Assembly: GCA_964497125.1 (NCBI GenBank)
Contig: CAZCDU010000002.1
Span: 105,695 to 169,694 of the forward strand
Direction: 5' to 3'
Length of the DNA: 64,000 nucleotides
From: an uncultured Victivallales bacterium
GTDB lineage: Bacteria; Verrucomicrobiota; Kiritimatiellia; UBA8416
Made by a program: the position numbers and the translations under genes. The notes beneath the pieces are model-generated. The model did no database searches. It worked only from the letters and a program-made list of their open reading frames with translations, and was not told where the DNA came from. Positions 58,267 through 64,000 of this stretch are shown piece after piece. Each line of letters begins with the position of its first letter. Positions within the stretch are counted from its first letter, which is position 1.

Positions 58267-59805
58267 CTACCAGATGAGCGCCTTGAGTAGCGGAGAACGC
58301 CACTGGTTCGCATCAGGATCATATGCACCGAACCCCGCGCAGAACTCCCAGTAGGCCGACCCCATTTTCCGTTTGGCGGCTTCGCGCGCGACAGAGCGGG
58401 TCCATCGGGCGCGGTCCTCCATGCGGGCCGGCGAGTATGCCCCAAATTCCCCCAGAAAGATCGGTCGCCGGTTCAGAATTCCCCACGTCATCGCTTCGTC
58501 AAGGTCCCGGCTCACCGCCTCTCGCTCCTTGCGGCTGCCCAACCATCTGACATCCTTGAGCGACTTCACCATGTCCCCCGCCCATGATGCTCCCTGGTGC
58601 GTGAAGCGATGCGGCGAGTAATAGTGGATCGTGACGACGATCTTGCGGTCGGTCGCCGGCAACTCGAGCTCATCAAGCCGACTGATGCTGTTAAACTGCG
58701 TGGGGCCTATCATGATCCAACGGTCGGGATTGCTCTTTCGGATCTCCTTGAGTGCGTGTATGGCAGCGCGGTTCCAGTCAATCGAACTCAGGTTGCCATG
58801 CGGCTCGTTGAGCAGTTCGAAGCAGACAGATTCCGGCGCATCGCGGAAGCGTTCTGCAATCTGCTTCCAGAGCGCCAGGAAACGGGGTTCATGCGTGCGC
58901 ACATCCTCGAAGTACTCATTGTAGTGGTGCATATTGAGCACAACGTTGAGCCTCTGTTCAGACGCGCTCCGCACGGCCCACTCAACGCGCTCAAAGAAGA
59001 CGGGGTCAATGCGGTAAGGCGGGGCCAGTTCTGCATGAGCAGACCAGCGCACGGGAATCCGTACAGTGTCAAATCCAGCTTTCCTGATGATTGAGAAGTA
59101 GGATGCATCCAGGGTGACGCCCCATGCCCCCTCGGTCGGAGCGTCCAGTGCGTTACCCAGGTTAATCCCGCGCCCGAAGAAGGGCTCCAGGGATCGAAAG
59201 AACGGGCTGTCATGTAGATCGGTTGCCACCATTCGCTTGTAGGTGACAGCCCGGATGTTGTCCACACGGAAATGGCTCGGAGTGCGGGGATGGTCCAGGA
59301 GTACCTGCAGCGATATGATGTTTGAACGGTCGATGAAACGATCACGGTCCCCATGCCACATGCCATAGGGGACACTCAATACACCTTTGCTACCGGCCGG
59401 TACAGTTACGGATTCAGTGTTGCAGTGCTTGCGACCGTCGGCGCCGGGATTGTTGAGACTGAGCAGGACCCTCACCGGGGTACTGGCCAAGTTGCGAACA
59501 TCCATCAGAATGGTGTCGTAGGTGCCAAGGTCCCACTTGCCGGAAGGCTGTGTGATAGCAATTGAGGGATAGCCTGCCCCTGCCTCCCCTTTTAACTCAA
59601 GGGAGTGACCGCTGCCTGTGGGAACAATCCTCCCTTTGAGCTTTCCGGGAGAGACAAAGATCTCCGAGTCCGGTTCAAAGTTCACAACCACACGGCTCAC
59701 GTCAATTTGGTCAGTGACGACATCCTCAGCCATAGCTGAGAGCACTGGGCAGAAGACACAGGCAGCACAGACCAGGATCCCGCGTATCATTAACCATCGA
59801 TTCAT
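58267..59805 (-). CDS. Glycoside hydrolase family 5 with N-terminal CBM-like domain
   Basis: RGINLGNALDAP, VRIPVRW, NMHHY, FELLNEP (acid/base), IHYY, LGEFG (nucleophile); signal peptide; GGAGG RBS. Confidence 0.9.
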   Translation of the reverse strand: MNRWLMIRGILVCAACVFCPVLSAMAEDVVTDQIDVSRVVVNFEPDSEIFVSPGKLKGRIVPTGSGHSLELKGEAGAGYPSIAITQPSGKWDLGTYDTILMDVRNLASTPVRVLLSLNNPGADGRKHCNTESVTVPAGSKGVLSVPYGMWHGDRDRFIDRSNIISLQVLLDHPRTPSHFRVDNIRAVTYKRMVATDLHDSPFFRSLEPFFGRGINLGNALDAPTEGAWGVTLDASYFSIIRKAGFDTVRIPVRWSAHAELAPPYRIDPVFFERVEWAVRSASEQRLNVVLNMHHYNEYFEDVRTHEPRFLALWKQIAERFRDAPESVCFELLNEPHGNLSSIDWNRAAIHALKEIRKSNPDRWIMIGPTQFNSISRLDELELPATDRKIVVTIHYYSPHRFTHQGASWAGDMVKSLKDVRWLGSRKEREAVSRDLDEAMTWGILNRRPIFLGEFGAYSPARMEDRARWTRSVAREAAKRKMGSAYWEFCAGFGAYDPDANQWRSPLLKALIW

Positions 59806-59913
59806 GATCACCCTCCATCCCGGAAACACTCCAGTACGTTCAATCTTGTCATATGACGGAATTGTCGAACAGTGCTATTCTGCTGCTTTGGTTGGGCGCT
59901 TCTACAAGCACCT

Positions 59914-59984
59914 GTAGCTGGATCCGTTAGGATTCAGAGGTCATGCGGGTAGACGACGGGCTGAATTCTCACGAATCCAGCTAC
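59914..59984. repeat. Inverted doublet of family-1 REPs (GTAG ends outward)
   Basis: 59914-59937 (plus) and 59961-59984 (minus), 23-bp spacer. Confidence 0.9.
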
Positions 59985-60074
59985 CGGGAGAGAGACTCAG
60001 ATGGCTGGAGCCTTTTAGATTTGCCGCTTGCTGTAGACCCGTGGGACGTGGACAATCGCACCATTGGAGGGCGA

Positions 60075-60563
60075 ATGATGACAGCAAATGACTGGATTGA
60101 GAGATTAGAGCTGATGCCACACCCCGAGGGAGGCTGGTTTCGTGAAGTGTATCGCAGTCATGAGCGGATTGCAGAGGATGCGCTTCCAGAGCGCTTCAGT
60201 GGAGCCCGGGTGTTCTCGACGGCGATCTACTTTCTGCTCAATGCAGGCGACGTGTCACGTCTGCACCGTATCCGGCAAGACGAGGTATGGCATGCCTATG
60301 CAGGCAACCCCTTGCGGCTTCATCGCATCCGTCCTGACGGCGAACACCTGGAGGTACAAGTTGGTTGCTCTGAGCATGCTCTGCCGCTCGCGGTCGTTCC
60401 GGCAGGCGACTTCTTTGGGGCAGAGGTCATTGGCGAAGGCTACAGTCTCGTCGGCTGCACGGTTGCTCCCGGGTTTGAGTTCGATGACTTTGAGATGCCA
60501 TCACGCGACGAGCTGTATCAGCAGTTCCCGCAACATGGCGAACTGATCCAGCAGCTGACGTAG
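60075..60563 (+). CDS. Cupin_5 (DUF985) protein
   Basis: LELMPHPEGGWFRE, STAIYFLL, HRIRQDEVWH, SLVGCTVAPGFEFDDF; GGAGG RBS. Confidence 0.92.
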   Translation: MMTANDWIERLELMPHPEGGWFREVYRSHERIAEDALPERFSGARVFSTAIYFLLNAGDVSRLHRIRQDEVWHAYAGNPLRLHRIRPDGEHLEVQVGCSEHALPLAVVPAGDFFGAEVIGEGYSLVGCTVAPGFEFDDFEMPSRDELYQQFPQHGELIQQLT

Positions 60564-60583
60564 CTGGATCCGTTAGGATTCAG
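60560..60583 (+). repeat. GTAG REP family 1 containing the cupin stop codon
   Basis: ACG-TAG-CTGGATCCGTTAGGATTCAG; TAG of the GTAG tag is the stop at 60561-60563. Confidence 0.9.
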
Positions 60584-60615
60584 ATCCCTTGCGGCCGCCA
60601 GGAGCAGCGTGCCAC

Positions 60616-60828
60616 CTAATAGTGCGGAGGGATCTCGACATCGGGCAGCGGCTGCTCGTTCCCGCCGGACTTCTCATCCCGATCCAGACGTTCGGACAAC
60701 GCCTTACATTTCGCCTTCAGGTCATCAATTTCCTTCTGTTGACCGCAGATGACGTCCGACAGGTCCTGGATGGTTCGTTCCTGAAAGGCAAGTGTACTCT
60801 CCAGGTCCGTTAATCGCTCCTCACTCAT
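60616..60828 (-). CDS. slyX: SlyX family protein
   Basis: ERLTDLESTLAFQERTIQDLSDVI..QQKEI; C-terminal PPHY; an in-frame upstream ATG at 60915 is also possible. Confidence 0.88.
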   Translation of the reverse strand: MSEERLTDLESTLAFQERTIQDLSDVICGQQKEIDDLKAKCKALSERLDRDEKSGGNEQPLPDVEIPPHY

Positions 60829-60933
60829 GGCAACACTGTCCGCTATCTCTTCCTCGATTGCGACCCCTTTCTGCAGCGCCGGCATGTCGGCTGACTTTAC
60901 ATATCGCTGCCCCATCTATAGGGTACCGCCCCT

Positions 60934-62259
60934 ATGAAATGGACGCCTGACAACATCCCCCTTGCACCCCGCCGCTACCCGTTCTTCTATGGCTGGATGA
61001 TTCTGGCTTTGGGCGCCATCGGGTTCCTGATGAGCTCGCCGGGGCAGACCTATGGCGTGTCCCCCTTCACAGACTCGCTAATTTCCGCACTCGGACTGAC
61101 TCGCGTACAGCTTAGCCTGGCTTACATGGTCGGGACCATCGGAAGCTCCCTATGCCTAACCCATGCCGGACGGGCCTATGACCGTTTTGGTGCCCGTGTG
61201 ATTGCTCCCGTGTCATCCGTCGTGCTGGGCCTCGTGCTTGTCTTGCTCAGTCAGTGCGACCGGATTGCAGCGGGCATTGCCGGAACACTGAACCTGGCCG
61301 GCAGTGAGCTCCCCGGATTCATCCTGCTCCTGCTTCTCTTTTTCGCCCTGCGGTTCAGTGGCCAAGGCGTTCTGACCATGGTCTCACGCAACATGATGAT
61401 GAAGTGGTTTGACCGCCATCGTGGTCTTGTGACAGGCATCAGCGGCATGGTGATTGCCCCAGCTTTTTCAGCCACACCCGCCGTTCTACACGCCCTGGTG
61501 GAAAGGACCGGCTGGCGGGGAGCCTGGCTTTGGCTGGCACTGCTTGTTGGCGGAGCATTTACCATTCTGGCGCTGCTGTTCTTTCGCGACAACCCGGAGG
61601 AATGCGGGCTCAGGGCCGATGGCCCCCTTGCAGATAAACCGTTGGGCTCCAAATCACGGCCCGACCATGAACTCAAGCAATACACCCTCAGCGAGGCGAG
61701 GCACACCTATAGCTTCTGGGTTTTCGCGGTCGGTGTCGCACTGTTCGGATTCTACATAACCGGCATGAGTTTCCATGCCGCATCCATTTTCGAGACAGCG
61801 GGCATGGCACGTAGCACGGGCTACCTGATTTTCCTTTATGCGTCGTTCGTCTCCATTGCTCTACGCCCTCTTGTCGGATTCCTGTGTGACCGAATCCCAT
61901 TGAAGTATCTACTCATGACCTTGATGACAGGCGTTTGCATTTCCTCGCTTGGATTGCAGGCTCTGGGTGAGGGGCCGCCGATGTGGGTTGTCATTGCCGG
62001 CAATGGACTGGCCGGGGCAACTGTAGGAACGCTGGCGTCCGTGTCATGGCCGCGCTTCTATGGCCGACAGAACCTTGGCGCCATCAGTGGCTTCAACATG
62101 GCCATAACGGTATTTGCCAGCGCAATCGGGCCATGGCTATTCAGTCAGAGCCAGGCCATTATGGGAACGTACTCACTGGCCACGACGTTGACGGCGGCAG
62201 CCAGTGGCGTCATCCTGATCCTCGCCATCCGGGCGAATAACCCGCAGGGAGGGACCTAA
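60934..62259 (+). CDS. MFS transporter
   Basis: About 12 TM helices; GRAYDRFGAR motif A; KWFDRHRGLVTG; FYGRQNLGAISG. Confidence 0.9.
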   Translation: MKWTPDNIPLAPRRYPFFYGWMILALGAIGFLMSSPGQTYGVSPFTDSLISALGLTRVQLSLAYMVGTIGSSLCLTHAGRAYDRFGARVIAPVSSVVLGLVLVLLSQCDRIAAGIAGTLNLAGSELPGFILLLLLFFALRFSGQGVLTMVSRNMMMKWFDRHRGLVTGISGMVIAPAFSATPAVLHALVERTGWRGAWLWLALLVGGAFTILALLFFRDNPEECGLRADGPLADKPLGSKSRPDHELKQYTLSEARHTYSFWVFAVGVALFGFYITGMSFHAASIFETAGMARSTGYLIFLYASFVSIALRPLVGFLCDRIPLKYLLMTLMTGVCISSLGLQALGEGPPMWVVIAGNGLAGATVGTLASVSWPRFYGRQNLGAISGFNMAITVFASAIGPWLFSQSQAIMGTYSLATTLTAAASGVILILAIRANNPQGGT

Positions 62260-62262
62260 TCC

Positions 62263-62736
62263 ATGGGACAGACGTTGGACATAGACATTGTACTGGTGTC
62301 GCCTGAGATCCCTCACAACACAGGCGCGGTTGGCAGGCTCTGCGTCTGCCTGGGGGCACGCCTGCACCTGGTACGACCGCTTGGCTTCGTCCTGACGGAA
62401 CGACATATCCGGCGGACCGGCATGGACTATTGGAAGCATGTTGACCTGACCGTACATGACGACTGGGAGTCATTCCTGCAAACCGTGCAACCCCGCCAAA
62501 TGCTCTTCAGCAGTACGCGAGGGACCAAATCGCTCTACGAACACAAGCTGCAGCCCGGCTGCGCGCTTGTCTTCGGCAATGAAACCAGCGGGCTACCACC
62601 AGAGATGTACGATAGGTATGCAGAATCGCTCTATCAGCTTCCCATGCCGGGCGACCACGCGCGTAGCCTCAACCTCTCGATGTCCGTTGCCATTTCTGCT
62701 TACGAGGCCTTTCGGCAGATGGGATGCCATGCATGA
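62263..62736 (+). CDS. trmL: tRNA (cytidine/uridine-34 2'-O)-methyltransferase
   Basis: LVSPEIPHNTGAVGRLC, LHLVRPLGF, GMDYW, FGNETSGLP, RSLNLS. Confidence 0.92.
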   Translation: MGQTLDIDIVLVSPEIPHNTGAVGRLCVCLGARLHLVRPLGFVLTERHIRRTGMDYWKHVDLTVHDDWESFLQTVQPRQMLFSSTRGTKSLYEHKLQPGCALVFGNETSGLPPEMYDRYAESLYQLPMPGDHARSLNLSMSVAISAYEAFRQMGCHA

Positions 62737-62765
62737 GAATCAGTCCTGGGCGGGCTGAAGGCGCT

Positions 62766-64000
62766 TTACGAATGGGGATGCGAAAAGGAACAGGTGATCA
62801 CCGAGCCTGTATCACTGCTCTGCACATCAAGTACGCCGTCAATCAATTCGGCGCGGTAACGCATTGCACGCAATCCCAATCCGACGCCATTCTCAGCTTT
62901 AATCGGGATGCCTGAGCCGTTGTCCCGGATTGACAGATCGCCATGCCCATCGCGTATATTGAGAGTAATAGCGATCCGGTCCGCATGCCCGTGGCGGATC
63001 GCGTTGTTGGCTGCCTCCTGGGTAATCTGGTAGAGATGCGACGTCGTTTCCCCGGGGATACTCTCGACTGAACCGTTGATGTCGAGCGTGCATTCGACCT
63101 CGCCGGCAGCGTTCAACTGTGAGGCCAGCCGTTCCAACGAGACAGTGAAGCCCTCCTGCGACATATCCACTGGACAGAGGCCGCGCGCTATTCGTCGCGT
63201 CTGGCCGACGGCATCGCGAACGAGTTCTGCTATCTGTCCTGCCCGGTCCGCTGCCGGGCTATTCTCTGCCCGTAAAGAATTCTCCAGTGCGGTAGACATA
63301 TAGCCAATCGCGGCTATCTGCTGTCCCAGGGAATCGTGAAGGTCCCGGCCGATCGTGCGTCGCCCTTCTTCGCAGGCCTCAATCACGGCCCGCTCCAACT
63401 TCCGTCGCTCCGTAACATCCCGGGCACAGAACAAGACTTGCTCATCCGGAAGCGGCACGGTGTGTACCTCGAACGTGACGTAGGTACCATCCTTGCGTCT
63501 GACTCGGCGCGTCTGTGTGAAATCCTCCCGATTTCGTATCTGCTCCCAGGGGAAGGGTCGATCAAGCAGATCATCCGTATCGAGCACCTCGGGTGCGGTC
63601 AGCGCCAGGAATTCGTCTCGCGTGTAGCCTAGGGCGACCAACGCCGCATCGTTGACCTCCAGGAAGCGGGCATCCAGGTCCGCCACGGCGTAGGGGTCGG
63701 CGGCTTTCTCCATGAGCAGCCGGTACCGCTCTTCGCTCTTGCGCAGCTCAGACTCCGCCCGCCATCGCCTGATTGCCGTTGCGGCTTGGAAGACGATTGC
63801 TTCCATAACGTCTTCCGGCGGCAGGACGGCTTTACCGCGCAGACAGAACGAGACGCCGCCAAAGCACTCGCCATCGGCAACACACCCCATTCCGTATACG
63901 CTATGGATGCCGGCAAGCTTCTCGAAGGAGCGGGTCATCGCCCGGGGGACCTTCCGGAGGCATAACTCGTAAAGCCCTTCTTCAATCCGAATCAGTCGGC
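62766..64000 (-). CDS. PAS-domain sensor histidine kinase (HisKA_3 type), 5' end beyond the window
   Basis: PAS domain; RDLHDSLGQ H-box; QEAANNAIRHG, IRDNGSG, GLGL; frame stays open from 63938 to the window end. Confidence 0.9.
   Translation of the reverse strand, partial: RLIRIEEGLYELCLRKVPRAMTRSFEKLAGIHSVYGMGCVADGECFGGVSFCLRGKAVLPPEDVMEAIVFQAATAIRRWRAESELRKSEERYRLLMEKAADPYAVADLDARFLEVNDAALVALGYTRDEFLALTAPEVLDTDDLLDRPFPWEQIRNREDFTQTRRVRRKDGTYVTFEVHTVPLPDEQVLFCARDVTERRKLERAVIEACEEGRRTIGRDLHDSLGQQIAAIGYMSTALENSLRAENSPAADRAGQIAELVRDAVGQTRRIARGLCPVDMSQEGFTVSLERLASQLNAAGEVECTLDINGSVESIPGETTSHLYQITQEAANNAIRHGHADRIAITLNIRDGHGDLSIRDNGSGIPIKAENGVGLGLRAMRYRAELIDGVLDVQSSDTGSVITCSFSHPHS

Overview
This is a GC-rich, mostly core-genome bacterial window. 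Gene content and sequence style suggest the PVC superphylum, possibly Kiritimatiellota/Lentisphaerota (inference only). It carries rph, pyrKD, B12-dependent nrdJ with tandem NrdR boxes, der, thiD, argJBDG, an RhlB-like helicase and rplM-rpsI. It also carries a type II secretion operon (gspE-F-G-H-I-J-K-L-M-D), trmJ, an lrp-aminotransferase pair, larCB, pepN, cvfB, a cyclophilin, pgsA, yajD, a 2094-aa secreted protein of unknown function, a GH5 glycosidase, slyX, trmL and a 5'-truncated PAS histidine kinase. I found no tRNA, rRNA, CRISPR array, transposase or prophage. The most striking unannotated signal is a dense set of palindromic repeats. (1) Ten copies of a 24-nt GTAG-tagged REP, some of which overlap stop or start codons. 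(2) A second GTAG/GTGG REP family forming inverted pairs. (3) A ~80-95 bp nested-hairpin element with fixed junction hexamers and compensatory arm changes, always anchored at a stop codon and trailing degenerate tandem copies. (4) 7-8-mer tandem repeats. Protein-level oddities are a Zn-ribbon/PTS-EIIA fusion next to a membrane protein with a His-phosphotransfer helix but no kinase domain, an apparently catalytically dead M14 peptidase, a macroglobulin-like giant protein without a thioester motif, and a GH5 with an agarase-CBM-like N-terminus. All family assignments come from motif recognition by eye; no searches were run.
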